Counted from the first letter of the stretch, positions 10,173 through 19,823 are shown. The stretch: 64,000 nucleotides of DNA from Dehalococcoidia bacterium (GCA_965201145.1 CBDAVT010000002.1:2203380-2267379), one strand, 5' to 3'. Made by a program: numbers and translations. The notes: generated by a model not told the origin, from the letters alone.

Positions 10173-11949
10173 CTAATTTCCTGAATCCCGGTCGCCTTGC
10201 TCGGAGACGTGTCGAAATATTTGCTCATGGGCATACTCTTGAGCCTCGAACAAATCAACCAAATCTCTAATACTATTAACGTACAATCTCTTGTTATCGG
10301 CATTGTTAATCCTTAACTCTTCCAGTGTCAGCTTATTCCGCTTAATTCCGTTGCAAGTACGGTGGAGTAATGCCAGATTATAGAGTTCATCATTTCCTTG
10401 CATCCCTTCATTTGCTTTCCTGGCCCGGATGTGGTCAACTTCCAGCAGGGTATCATCCAGAGTTCCGTTGGGCCGGTAGGGTTTGTAGCCGCAACCCCAA
10501 CAGACCGGGCCAAATCGGTCCATCAGTAGCTTCTTGGCTTCCTCTTTGGGTATGCGCCCGGACCATGTAGAGGATTGTGATGGCAGTTTCTGCCCTTTCT
10601 TACGTTGTGAGATGTTGTAGAAAGGAGCGGGATCTATATCAGTACGCTTGGGCAATTGATCTGGGCCAATAGTATATGAAGTTGACTGTTGCAGTTCGGT
10701 TTGATGTTCTCCTAACGCTTTGTGTGTGCTGTTGGTCGTGTCAGAAAGGGCAAAACCATTTAAGTAAAACCTCCGTTTGAGCATAGTCCACGCTCTATAT
10801 GCCATGTCGCAAGCCAACCATCTACGGTTTAGTCTTTCAGCTGCGATGGCAGTTGTAGCACACCCGGCAAATATGTCCAAAACAACGTCGCCAGGATTAC
10901 TAGAAACTCGTATAATACGCTCATAGAGGTCTAATGGCTTTTGCGTGGCGTACCCGGTTTCCTCCAGCCTCCTTTTAACCAGTTGGTAGGCATATAGCTG
11001 TTTAATGTCGCTCCAAACTGTAGATAGTGGAACACCTTTGGATTCATCTAAATATTGAGTTTCTGTATTACCGTTAGGTCGTTTCCTTGTACGGAAGCGG
11101 CGGCCATCACCGTCTTTGTAGATGAAACGTTCACTGACGTACTTGTCTGAGTATGGGAGATAGATAGGATTGCAGGGCTATCGCATATGAAAAAATTTCA
11201 GGCTCAGAACGGAACTTTCCGATGTTTTGGCGGCGCTTTACTGGGTAATCAACATCAAAACCAACGGTTTAAGTCTTAAATTACCCAAATTTAGCAGTTA
11301 AAAACGGAGATTTACCCGTCAATTGGCCTCTTAAAATCCATATGCGATAGCCCTGGATAGGATTGTAAGTATGTTTACCGCCATTCCTAGCGTAGAATAA
11401 AAGCGTATCATGCGCTTTGACCTGTTTTGCTCCCCCTGCTCTTCCTCCTGACGGCGTACCATAACTCCACACGATTTCGTTCACCATATTGTTCGCTCCG
11501 AACACGGCATCTAATAACATACGCAAATAGCTGTTCGCATGGCTGTTACAGTGAACATATATACTACCTGTATCCTTTAGTATGCGTCTGCACTCGATTA
11601 ATCGGACTGCCATAAAAGCAATGTATGCCGCTTCGTTATCAGTCGCGCACGCTTCGACAGCTTGGATTACAGCATGGATGGCAGGATAATCATCTTGTAT
11701 TCGCATCTTCCATGTCGGATGCACGTCATCGTCCCAGTTCCAAACGTCCTTTACTCGTGTCTCTCCAATACCTTCGTTATGAGCGACACGATGCTCACGT
11801 GCTAAAGCCTTTTCTTCTTGTAGCTCAGCAGGTGTTATGGGGGGGTTAGGCTTTCTTTTGAACGTTTCATTAGCAGCAAATGGTGGGTCTATGGCAATAA
11901 GGTCAACGCACTCGTTGTTAAGGGACCGAAGGAACGTTAAGTTATCCAT
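10173..11949 (-). pseudogene. DNA methyltransferase (N4/N6, DPPF motif) fused to a C-terminal HNH nuclease domain, interrupted by a MITE
   Basis: N-terminal part has IAIDPPF (motif IV). After the MITE the same frame continues (YLPYSDKYVSERF...VLDIFAGCATT, motif I). The C-terminus has HNH-like EVDHIRARK...LALLHRTCNGIKRNK. Removing 11173-11355 plus one TSD restores one 527-aa ORF. Confidence 0.85.
11173..11355 (+). mobile_element. 183-bp MITE-like element, copy 2 (variant A)
   Basis: Same TIRs. 10-bp TSD GATAGGATTG (11163-11172 and 11356-11365). Lies inside the methyltransferase coding sequence. Confidence 0.9.
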
Positions 11950-12241
11950 TATCGCTAGGGTGCGGTTAGCTACGTTTAAGTTTCCATAACCACCGTTGTG
12001 CGAACCAAAAGCGCCCCCGGGTGGTGGGAGTTTTCGGGGTTATTGCATTGCTGGCTTTGGGCCGGGGCGTCAGCGCAGCTCGCAAGCATCCGCCGGGGGA
12101 AGGGGAGTCGCTCAATAAGATGTAACTCCCGTACACTTTCAATTCCCCCGGCGGACTGTAGTTTCGGCTAAGCAGCGGCGGTGGAACCGGAGACGCCACA
12201 GCTTCACGATTCAAGCTGAACCCATAACCCTGGGCCTGCCG

Positions 12242-12661
12242 TCAGGCGTCGATATTCATGGCCTTGAGGCCGATGGCGGCCAGCTCTTCGTCCCGGGCCA
12301 GGTAGCCGCCGACGCCGATGCCGCCCATGATGACTCCGTCTTTGGACTTGACTACCACGCCGCCGATGCCGGGGGTCAGGTTGGGGTCGCCGTAGTCGCT
12401 GACGGTGCGGCCCCGTTCCTTCAACTGCTCTCCGTGAGGGCCGGTATCCATACCCATAACGGCGGCGGTGTAGGCCTTGCGGAAGGCGTGCCGGCGGGCG
12501 TAGAGCCGCACGTTGTCCATCTGGGCGTAGGCAACCATATTGCCGGCATCGTCCACGATGGCAATAGCCACCGGCATCACCACCGGACTGGTGGCCTCTG
12601 CAATGATGGCCTGCATGGCGGCCTGGGCCTGCTCAAAATCAATGAAGGGTTTTTCGGACAT
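12242..12661 (-). CDS. GlcG/HbpS-like heme-binding protein (DUF336)
   Basis: 139-aa ORF with the family-typical IAIVDDAGN...A..KA.TA and GGIGVGG motifs. Confidence 0.75.
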   Translation of the reverse strand: MSEKPFIDFEQAQAAMQAIIAEATSPVVMPVAIAIVDDAGNMVAYAQMDNVRLYARRHAFRKAYTAAVMGMDTGPHGEQLKERGRTVSDYGDPNLTPGIGGVVVKSKDGVIMGGIGVGGYLARDEELAAIGLKAMNIDA

Positions 12662-12743
12662 ACAGCTTGTTCCTCCCGGTATTTTTCAGGTTCTGGATCC
12701 GGGCCGCAGCTTGAACTATCCGGAGCGGCCGGCGAATTTACAG

Positions 12744-14447
12744 TTACAGCGTCGCATCCCGGCGGTGGATTCCGGTGGCGCCGCTGGGTCGATTGCCGCG
12801 TTCCTCCTCAATCTGCGGCGTACCGTCCAGTTCGGCGCAGCGCACTTCAAAGGTGTGGTCTCCGGCGGCAAAGGGCCAGTCATAGCGCCAGATGACCCAG
12901 GTAGTCTCCGACAGGGGCGACCGCAGTTGGGCGTCCTGCCAGGGGCCTTCGTCCACCCGCACCTGGACGCGGGATATGCCCCGGGCTCCGGCAAAGGCGA
13001 TGCCGCCCACCGGCACCAGACGCTGCCCCTCCTTTTCGATAATGTCCCGCACTGCCACGGTGTCAATGACCGAAGTGGCCTTTACCCGGGCTACTTCGTC
13101 CCAGCCGCGCTCGACCCAGTAACCCTCTTTGTATTCCTCGGTTACTTCGATGTCAACAATCCATTTCGGCTGCTTCATCCCGTAGCGGTCGGGCAACCAG
13201 ATGCGCAGCGGGAAGCCGTGGTCGAAGGGCAGCGGCTCGCCGTCCCAGGCGTAGCAGAGCATTATCCGTTCATCGGAGCCAATCAGGTCCAGGGCGACTG
13301 TTTCGTAGAAGCCGTCGGCCGACTTGATTACCAGATAGCGGGCGTTGGGTAAGGGCTGAACGTCGGCCAGTATCTCCTGCAGCACGGCGCCCGTCCACCA
13401 GGTAGTGCTAATCAGGGTGGTTCCGATGCGTCCGGAGATGCAGGACAAGGTTACGTACTGGTCGCGGGAGGTGTAGTTGTTCCGAATCTCCTCAATGGTC
13501 AGCTCCCGCGGGTTGGCGACCAGGCCGTGAATGGGCAGCACCCAGTTGCTGATGTCAATGAAGGTAGGTTCGGTGCGCAGGAAAACCTGATAGTGGTCTT
13601 CCACCGGCGTAAATTCGGGACGGGTGCCCGGGGCGGGAGTTACCGGGTCGCCGTCGTTGGGCAGAGGACGCTTGGGGGGCATCTCCGCCGGAGGCATCGA
13701 GCCGGCTACCGACTCGCTGATGCGGGCTTGCTCGCTCTGGGAGAGGACCGCTCCCAGGCCGGCGCCGGCAACGGTGATGGTGGCGGTGGTGGCCCCCAGG
13801 CGAACCAGGAACTGGCGGCGGTTCAGGACGCCGGTCGAGCGGCTCTCGCCATTGACAACTACGTCCTCCGTCGCATCGGCTGCGGCGCCGGCGCCGGCCG
13901 CTTCCCGGGCCAACCGAAGCTGGACGCGGCCCAGGGCCAGACCCCAAATCAGGAACATTGCCAGCAGCGCAACAAAGGCGATAACCGGATTCATGGTTGA
14001 CTGGCCCAGGCTGACAACGGTCAGCGGCAGGCCGAAGATGAGACCGACAATCAGGCCGGGCGCCGGCCGGGCCAACAGGCTGGACAGCGGGCCTCCAACC
14101 ATCCCCACGGGTTCGGCCGGCCGGGTTCGCAGCACGGCAAAAAAGACGGCGGCCGCGACTACTCCCAGCAGAAATACCATAAGGATGGCCGCCACTTGTT
14201 CGCTGGTCTTGGCTGCCGCCGCCACGCTCAGATTGAACAGCAGCAGCGCCTCAATCATCAGATCGATGCCGAAGGTTATCAGAGAGCCGGGAGTAACCCG
14301 GGCAATCCAGTCGAACAGGGTAAAGGGGACGAAGGGCAGGTCAATTAACTTGTCCGCCAGGAACATTAACCCTAACAGGGGAGCGGTAAAGAGACTACCG
14401 ACCAGCGCGCCATAACCCAGGCTGGGCTTCAGTCCCGTCATCTGCAA
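12744..14447 (-). CDS. membrane-anchored molybdopterin-dependent oxidoreductase (sulfite-oxidase fold)
   Basis: 567-aa ORF. N-terminal polytopic hydrophobic region followed by a Mo-co binding/dimerisation-like region (VTLSCISG, GFPLRIWLPDRYGMKQPKWI). The ATG at 14441 is better spaced from the GGAGG than the TTG at 14447. Confidence 0.7.
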   Translation of the reverse strand: MQMTGLKPSLGYGALVGSLFTAPLLGLMFLADKLIDLPFVPFTLFDWIARVTPGSLITFGIDLMIEALLLFNLSVAAAAKTSEQVAAILMVFLLGVVAAAVFFAVLRTRPAEPVGMVGGPLSSLLARPAPGLIVGLIFGLPLTVVSLGQSTMNPVIAFVALLAMFLIWGLALGRVQLRLAREAAGAGAAADATEDVVVNGESRSTGVLNRRQFLVRLGATTATITVAGAGLGAVLSQSEQARISESVAGSMPPAEMPPKRPLPNDGDPVTPAPGTRPEFTPVEDHYQVFLRTEPTFIDISNWVLPIHGLVANPRELTIEEIRNNYTSRDQYVTLSCISGRIGTTLISTTWWTGAVLQEILADVQPLPNARYLVIKSADGFYETVALDLIGSDERIMLCYAWDGEPLPFDHGFPLRIWLPDRYGMKQPKWIVDIEVTEEYKEGYWVERGWDEVARVKATSVIDTVAVRDIIEKEGQRLVPVGGIAFAGARGISRVQVRVDEGPWQDAQLRSPLSETTWVIWRYDWPFAAGDHTFEVRCAELDGTPQIEEERGNRPSGATGIHRRDATL

Positions 14448-14886
14448 AACCTCCTAAACCGAAAGGCCCCTGGGAAGTTGGTATAGTGGATACTTCCCGG
14501 GCCGGTAAAACAGTTCTACGTTTTCCGGGCCATCAAGGATTCATTTTCTGCTTTTGCCCCTGGGTTACGGTTCCGGCCGACGGGCCGATAGCTTTATACA
14601 ATGGCCGGAAGTTTCGCGTTCTTCCCCCGGAAGCGGCGGCCGTTCAGATTACCCCCGGCGGCACGGGATCGGGGAAGCGGCTCCGGGCAATTGGGGGCAG
14701 GTTCGTCAGGATTTCAGCTATCCCTTCCTTCGGGACTGGCGGCGGCCGTCTCCGGGTTGATTGATTCAGCCTGAAAATGCCGCCGTCCGGCATGGCTGCC
14801 TCTAGCCGGGCCGAACTCAGATCGTTGTATAGTAATGCTGGTAAAATAAGTTGTCGGTTGCCATTATAACCTAAAGGGAGCAGCAG

Positions 14887-16125
14887 ATGAATAATGCAGT
14901 CGCTTTGATGTTGCTGGCTATTTGCCCGGTCCTAATTGCTGCCTGCGGCTCACCGCCGGAGGACAGCGGCGCGACTCTGTTCCTGCCGGGGTCCGGCAGC
15001 AGCGCGGCAGAGTCCCCTACCCTGCGGGACCGAATGGCGGCCCGGGACGGGCTGGCAGTTCCGGGAATAGATGAAAGTGTCGGCGGTGGGCCGGCCTCGG
15101 TACAGTTTGGCCCGGCCAACCCCGGAAATATGGGGCGGTCAGCTATCGGGCCCTTCGGCCCGGCCGCCGGGCCGGGAGCGGACGCCGGAGCGCCGGAATG
15201 GGCGCTGCCGCCGGAGGTAGAGTCCCTGGCCCGGGTGGCCGTGGCCGTGGAGTCGGTGGCGGCGGCGTCGGCCCAGCTTCAAGCCATTGCGGAAAGACTG
15301 GGCGGATTTGTGGATGCCCTCGCCAGTTCCGGTGGCAGCGCTGCCCCCCAGGCGGACATCACGATTAAGGTGCCCCAGGTTCAAATCGCCCCGGCCCTGG
15401 AATTCATCGAATTTTTGGGCGACGTGCAGTACCGCAGCCTGCGCAGTGAGGACGTAACCGAACGGCACATTGACCTGACCGCCCGACTGTCGGTCTATCG
15501 GAAGGAGGAGCAGAACCTTCTTTCTCTGCTGGAACGCAGCAGCACGGTAACCGAACTTTTAAGTATCGAGAAGGAATTGGCCCGCGTCCGGACCGATATT
15601 GAGCGCAGTCAGGGACAACTGAATCTGCTGGAAGATCGGGTAGCTATGGCGGCAATTCAAGTTACGTTGTTTCCCCGGGATGAAAAACTTGCCGGCCCGG
15701 CGGCCGTTTTTAACGTCCGGGTCGCCGACGTTGCCGACCGGGTGGCCGAGTTGCAGGAATACGTGAGCGGCCAACGGGGCGAAATAGACGAAATTTATCT
15801 GGCCTCGGCCGGCGCCGCGGAGCGGGCGGAGGTGGCTTTCCGAGTATTTCCCCAAAACTTTCAGGCGACGGCCCGGTTTATCGAAGACCAGGGGCAGGTG
15901 GAGTCCCGGGAACTGCTGGAGCATCCGACTAAACCCTCCGGCGGGGCGGGCTCGTCCCGGGACCCGGCGGCCAGTTTTGAAGTGTCCTACGTGGACCACC
16001 CCGCCGGAGTCAACCTTTGGACGCCTCTACTGATAATCCTGGGGCTGACTGCCCTGGGCGGCGGTCTGGCATTCCTGCTGCGGACAGCCTACCGGCGGGG
16101 CCGGCAGCGGGGCAGCTTCATTTAG
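14887..16125 (+). CDS. DUF4349-like lipoprotein
   Basis: 412-aa ORF. Has a lipobox LIAACGS, a central coiled region and a C-terminal TM helix (LLIILGLTALGGGLAFLL). Confidence 0.55.
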   Translation: MNNAVALMLLAICPVLIAACGSPPEDSGATLFLPGSGSSAAESPTLRDRMAARDGLAVPGIDESVGGGPASVQFGPANPGNMGRSAIGPFGPAAGPGADAGAPEWALPPEVESLARVAVAVESVAAASAQLQAIAERLGGFVDALASSGGSAAPQADITIKVPQVQIAPALEFIEFLGDVQYRSLRSEDVTERHIDLTARLSVYRKEEQNLLSLLERSSTVTELLSIEKELARVRTDIERSQGQLNLLEDRVAMAAIQVTLFPRDEKLAGPAAVFNVRVADVADRVAELQEYVSGQRGEIDEIYLASAGAAERAEVAFRVFPQNFQATARFIEDQGQVESRELLEHPTKPSGGAGSSRDPAASFEVSYVDHPAGVNLWTPLLIILGLTALGGGLAFLLRTAYRRGRQRGSFI

Positions 16126-16130
16126 AGTAT

Positions 16131-16170
16131 GCCCTCACCCCCGGCCCCTCTTCCCGAGGAAGAGGGGAGA
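16131..16170. repeat. REP-like palindromic element
   Basis: GCCCTCACCCCCGGCCCCTCTTCCCGAGGAAGAGGGGAGAG, immediately after the stop of the preceding gene. Confidence 0.7.
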
Positions 16171-16295
16171 GGAGATGGTGAAGGGGAATGATGCAGCCCT
16201 GTACCCGGTAATGGTTTAAGGCTATAATCCCGTTAGAGGGATACTCGGACTGGCGCTTTGCCAGCCCGGAATAAGCGACAGAGGGAAGGTAGAGG

Positions 16296-16751
16296 ATGGC
16301 AGACGCAGACGGCAAGTATGTCGAGTGGGTTCACGGCTCCAGTATGCAAGTAGAATACCTGGGCCGCATTACTTCGGTGCGGCACACTGGGCCTTTCGTC
16401 CGGATTGAAGGCGCCGGCGGCCAGAATACGTGGGTGCATTTTCCCGTGCCTACGATGGCGATTGCCAACGGGAAGCACACCCGGGCCGAGGCGGCGCTGG
16501 TGAGTTTCCGGACCCGCGCTTGCGCCACCGTGCATGAGGTCATCGTTTACGACGGCGAGAAGTGCATCGCCGAACACATGGACCTGGGGCTGCAGGGCGA
16601 TAATCTGGACGCCCGTTTTGAGATTCCGGAGGCTCCGGAGGTGCAGCAGGGGCTTAACGTGACGGTGGGCGTTACCTTCGCCGCCGGCGCCCCGGATACC
16701 CGTTCCATGCAGATTGAGATAGTCGGCGTCGGCATAGAATTTGCCCTCTAG
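16296..16751 (+). CDS. hypothetical protein
   Basis: 151-aa ORF with non-repetitive composition and an AGGTAGAGG RBS-like stretch upstream. No family recognised. Confidence 0.4.
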   Translation: MADADGKYVEWVHGSSMQVEYLGRITSVRHTGPFVRIEGAGGQNTWVHFPVPTMAIANGKHTRAEAALVSFRTRACATVHEVIVYDGEKCIAEHMDLGLQGDNLDARFEIPEAPEVQQGLNVTVGVTFAAGAPDTRSMQIEIVGVGIEFAL

Positions 16752-16901
16752 CCCGCCGCTGTTCCACCGACAAGAGATAAAAGAAGCCGTCCGGCAGCCG
16801 GGGCCCCGGTGTCCGTCAGCCCGACGCTGCGTGTTGAGCCGGTTTCTGGTCGAAACTGACTCAATACGCGGTCATTGGTGAATCGGAAATAGGTAGGCCG
16901 G

Positions 16902-18146
16902 CTACAGCAGTCCCGCCCGCCCGAAAAGCCCGCCCAGCGCGCCGGCCCCGATAATTACCAGGGGCGCCGGGATGCGGAAGAACATTACCGCCCCAAAGGC
17001 CAGCAGGGCGATTACCGCCCCGGCCGGATTGGGGTCGGCCCGCTGCCACAGCAGGAACACTACCCCCACCACCAGGCCAATGGCGGTAGCGTTGATTCCC
17101 ACCAAAGCTATCCGCACCCAGGGATACCGGCGCAAGCGTTCCCAGAAAGGCAGTACGGCGTAGATTAGCAGCACGCCGGGCAGGAACAGGCCGACAAAGG
17201 CCAACAGCAGCCCGGGAATGCCGCCAGCTACCGCTCCCAGATAGGCGCTGAAACTGAACAGTGGCCCCGGCAGAGCCAGCATCAGGGCGAATCCGTCCAG
17301 AAACTGCTCTTCGGTTACCCAGCCGGGTTCCACTACTTCCGTCAACAGCATGGGCAGAACGACCTGGCCGCCGCCGAAAATCAGCGAGCCGGTGCGGTAG
17401 AAGGACTCGAACAGGGCCAGCCATTGCTGCTCGAACACCAGGCGCGCTGCGATGAGACCTGCCAGCAGACCGAAAAAGATAGCCAACAGCAGAACCCCGG
17501 CCACCGCTGATATTCCCAGGTTGTCCAGGGGAACGCCGGCCGCGCTTGGGGCGGAATCCTGGCGCCGGTTCCGCAGGGCAAAGACGGTGATCAAGCCGCC
17601 CAGGGCCAGTACCGCCGGAAATGCCCAGGGTTGGCGCACCAGGATGGCGGCCACCGCGCCCAGCAGCATTAACCCCATGGTCAAGCGAGTGTTGACCACC
17701 ACGACGCCCAGCCGCCAGGTGGCCACGGCCACCAGGGCTACCGTGGCCGGCTGAATTCCGTCCAGCCAGGCCGGGCGGTCCCCCTCCGCAAAGAAGTGGG
17801 CCACGCCCAGGCCGGCCAAGGCCATTACCGTTGCCGCCGGCAGCAGGAACAGGAAGAGAGCCAGCAGTCCCCCCATCGGCCCGGCCCGGACGGTACCTAC
17901 TGCCACTACCATCTGGGTAGAGGTAGGGCCTGGCAAGCCCTGGCCCAGTCCCAGCAGTTCGACGAACCGCTCTTCGTCCAGCCAGCGTCGCCGGGCTACG
18001 AACCGCTCCTGGAGCAAGGCGATGTGCGCTTGGGGACCGCCGAAGGCAATCCAGCCCAGGGGCAAGAAGGCCCAGGCAACTTCCAGCAGCCGGCGGGCCA
18101 GGGATGCCGCCGCTGCCGGCCCTTGAACCGGATTTGTTTCTGCCAT
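16902..18146 (-). CDS. chrA: chromate transporter (CHR family)
   Basis: 414-aa polytopic ORF with duplicated CHR halves (FGGPQAHIALL... and FGGGQVVLPML...). Confidence 0.8.
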   Translation of the reverse strand: MAETNPVQGPAAAASLARRLLEVAWAFLPLGWIAFGGPQAHIALLQERFVARRRWLDEERFVELLGLGQGLPGPTSTQMVVAVGTVRAGPMGGLLALFLFLLPAATVMALAGLGVAHFFAEGDRPAWLDGIQPATVALVAVATWRLGVVVVNTRLTMGLMLLGAVAAILVRQPWAFPAVLALGGLITVFALRNRRQDSAPSAAGVPLDNLGISAVAGVLLLAIFFGLLAGLIAARLVFEQQWLALFESFYRTGSLIFGGGQVVLPMLLTEVVEPGWVTEEQFLDGFALMLALPGPLFSFSAYLGAVAGGIPGLLLAFVGLFLPGVLLIYAVLPFWERLRRYPWVRIALVGINATAIGLVVGVVFLLWQRADPNPAGAVIALLAFGAVMFFRIPAPLVIIGAGALGGLFGRAGLL

Positions 18147-18252
18147 ACCCGCATCCCGTCCCTCGTAATATAGCGCCGGCGCAACCGGCCGACGTCTGGC
18201 ATTGTACCTGCCGCCGGCGTCCGACGCTATGCTGAAGCGCCGTCCTTAGCAG

Positions 18253-18293
18253 CCTCTTCCCTCTCCCTGGGGGAGAGGGGCCGGGGTGAGGGC
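18253..18293. repeat. REP-like palindromic element
   Basis: CCTCTTCCCTCTCCCTGGGGGAGAGGGGCCGGGGTGAGGGC. Confidence 0.7.
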
Positions 18294-18339
18294 CGGCGGA
18301 ACAAGTCGGATAAGGCTTGACAAGAACCCGCTCAGTGTC

Positions 18340-18351
18340 GAACAATTGTTC
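18340..18351. promoter_or_regulatory. candidate LexA (Cheo-type) SOS box GAACAATTGTTC
   Basis: Perfect GAAC-N4-GTTC palindrome 28 nt upstream of the 18380 start. It lies 17 nt downstream of a TTGACA hexamer (18317-18322), which is where a -10 element would sit. Confidence 0.6.
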
Positions 18352-18379
18352 TAAATCATAACTAACCGTAGGGGGAATC

Positions 18380-18769
18380 TTGAACTTGTACCTACTCAAG
18401 GCTTGCCGCCGGTGCGGCGGAGATTTGGCAGAAGACGATGGGGACTGGATTTGTCTCCAGTGCGGCGCCTATGCTTACGTGGGATTGTATAGCCAGCCCG
18501 GCTTGCCGCCAATAGTTCCACCGGATTGGCCGTCGCCTGCCGACGGGGCCGGTGATACATTCGGTTCTTTCCGGGAATCCGGCGACAGCAGCAAACATCT
18601 ATCAGGTCAAATATCCGGTCAAAATGACCCGGCCTGGCCTCGGTCAGATTGCCGGGTTCCGGCGCGCTTCGTCGAGCAGTCCCGGGGCAGCGACTCGCCG
18701 GTGCGGTACGGTGGGGATACCGGACGCCCGGAACGCGACGGCGGCCCGGCCCGGCAGCCCGGACTATGA
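18380..18769 (+). CDS. zinc-ribbon protein with low-complexity tail
   Basis: 129-aa ORF with a TTG start after an AGGGGG RBS. Has CRRCGG...CLQCG (CxxC-N15-CxxC). Its stop overlaps the next start in ATGA (18766-18769). Confidence 0.5.
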   Translation: MNLYLLKACRRCGGDLAEDDGDWICLQCGAYAYVGLYSQPGLPPIVPPDWPSPADGAGDTFGSFRESGDSSKHLSGQISGQNDPAWPRSDCRVPARFVEQSRGSDSPVRYGGDTGRPERDGGPARQPGL

Positions 18770-19233
18770 CCTTGCTGGCGCTGGACGCCGCCGTAAGAGA
18801 AACGGGCTGGGCCATTTTTCGGCCCGACGGGAACACCGCTACCGGCGTCATCAAAATGTCGCGCAGTCGTCGGCTGGATGCCGCCGGCCGGATCAGTTAC
18901 CTGACCGGCTGCCTGGACCTGCTGGTGGAACAGTGGCAGCCCGGAGCGGTAGCTTGCGGTCAGCCTTCGGGCATCCGCTGGCCGGCGCCGGCCCTGGAAT
19001 TGCTGGACAACTCCCTGGTCGGGTGGGCGGCCCGGCACCGGCTGCCTCTGCATACCTATGCAACCCAGGAAATTCGTACTGTCATCGCCCGCCACGCCCG
19101 GGTTCCCCAGGACCAGTTAGCCTATGCCATAATGCGAAGCCTGCGGCTCATCGGCGTCAGCAAGGCTACTTCCGAATGGGAGGCGCTGGCCGTAGGCTAC
19201 TATCATTTTTGCCACCGGAAGCTTAACGGCTGA
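18766..19233 (+). CDS. divergent RuvC-like (RNase H fold) nuclease homolog
   Basis: 155 aa from MTLLALDAAVRETGWAIF. Collinear with RuvC by eye (LALD = first Asp; SEWEALAVGYYH in place of D.ADALA.A..H). The expected catalytic Glu region reads AVACGQPSG. Confidence 0.55.
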   Translation: MTLLALDAAVRETGWAIFRPDGNTATGVIKMSRSRRLDAAGRISYLTGCLDLLVEQWQPGAVACGQPSGIRWPAPALELLDNSLVGWAARHRLPLHTYATQEIRTVIARHARVPQDQLAYAIMRSLRLIGVSKATSEWEALAVGYYHFCHRKLNG

Positions 19234-19327
19234 AATGTCGGAACGTTTACCGGCACGATACCCAATACGGCGCGCTTTACCCCCAGCCGGAGTTTTAGTC
19301 CACCGATCGGATTCCGGGTGGGGTTAA

Positions 19328-19350
19328 GCGGCCGCGGCCGCCTGCTTTTT
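19328..19350 (+). terminator. possible intrinsic terminator
   Basis: GCGGCCGCGGCCGC stem followed by CTGCTTTTT, about 95 nt after the RuvC-like stop. Confidence 0.4.
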
Positions 19351-19469
19351 GCGTCGCCGTCCGCTGCCGTCGGGTGCGATTTACCGCAATTCGGGGCGGG
19401 CAGCCGGAATGACTTTCCCGGGGCGTGTATAATGGTTGACGCCGCAACTGAAACGGGGAGGTTAACCCG

Positions 19470-19823
19470 ATGCCAATTATTCAGCGTCCTTACGTTCCCC
19501 CGGAAGACCAGCCGCCCCAGGAAGAGAGCTACGTCAACCCCGGCGATACCCGGGGAGCCGATGCTTCCGGGGAGCCGATTACCTTTTACTGCGACTCGTT
19601 CCACATTTACAGCAGCCTCTACTCCGCCGTCCTCTTCTTTGGCGAGCAGATGGAGGAGCGGGAGCCGATCCTGCGGGCCAGAATCAAGGTCAGCCCCCAA
19701 ATGCTGAAAGCCTTTGCCCTGCTGGCGAATAAGCACGTCCGCGACTACGAGGAAGCCGTTGGCCCGATAACGCTGCCGGAACAGGTTTACAATGCCTGGG
19801 ATATTGAGCCGGAGCAAAAGTAG
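19470..19823 (+). CDS. hypothetical protein (DUF3467-like)
   Basis: 117-aa ORF. GGGGAGG RBS and a TGTATAAT -10-like element at 19424-19431. The family call is a weak recollection only. Confidence 0.45.
   Translation: MPIIQRPYVPPEDQPPQEESYVNPGDTRGADASGEPITFYCDSFHIYSSLYSAVLFFGEQMEEREPILRARIKVSPQMLKAFALLANKHVRDYEEAVGPITLPEQVYNAWDIEPEQK

Larger units (their letters stand above)
10141..12006. mobile_element. 1.87-kb cassette bounded by 23-bp inverted repeats, carrying only the methyltransferase-HNH gene
   Basis: GGTTCGTACAACGGTGGTTATGG (10141-10163) versus the reverse complement of CCATAACCACCGTTGTGCGAACC (11984-12006), 22/23 match. The interior is AT-richer (28/60 G+C at 10201-10260 versus 45/60 at 9481-9540). 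No transposase and no obvious TSD. Confidence 0.55.

Noticed and set aside
14448-14600. Searched the 5' leader of the molybdoenzyme gene for a Moco riboswitch
   Set aside because: Only one simple hairpin (GGGAAGT…ACTTCCC) is present. None of the conserved Moco-motif blocks I recall are there.
16861-18399. 512-aa ORF overlapping chrA on the same strand in another frame
   Set aside because: Arg/Gly/Pro/Ala-rich low-complexity translation typical of off-frame reading of GC-rich DNA. The 414-aa frame has coherent transmembrane segments and CHR motifs.
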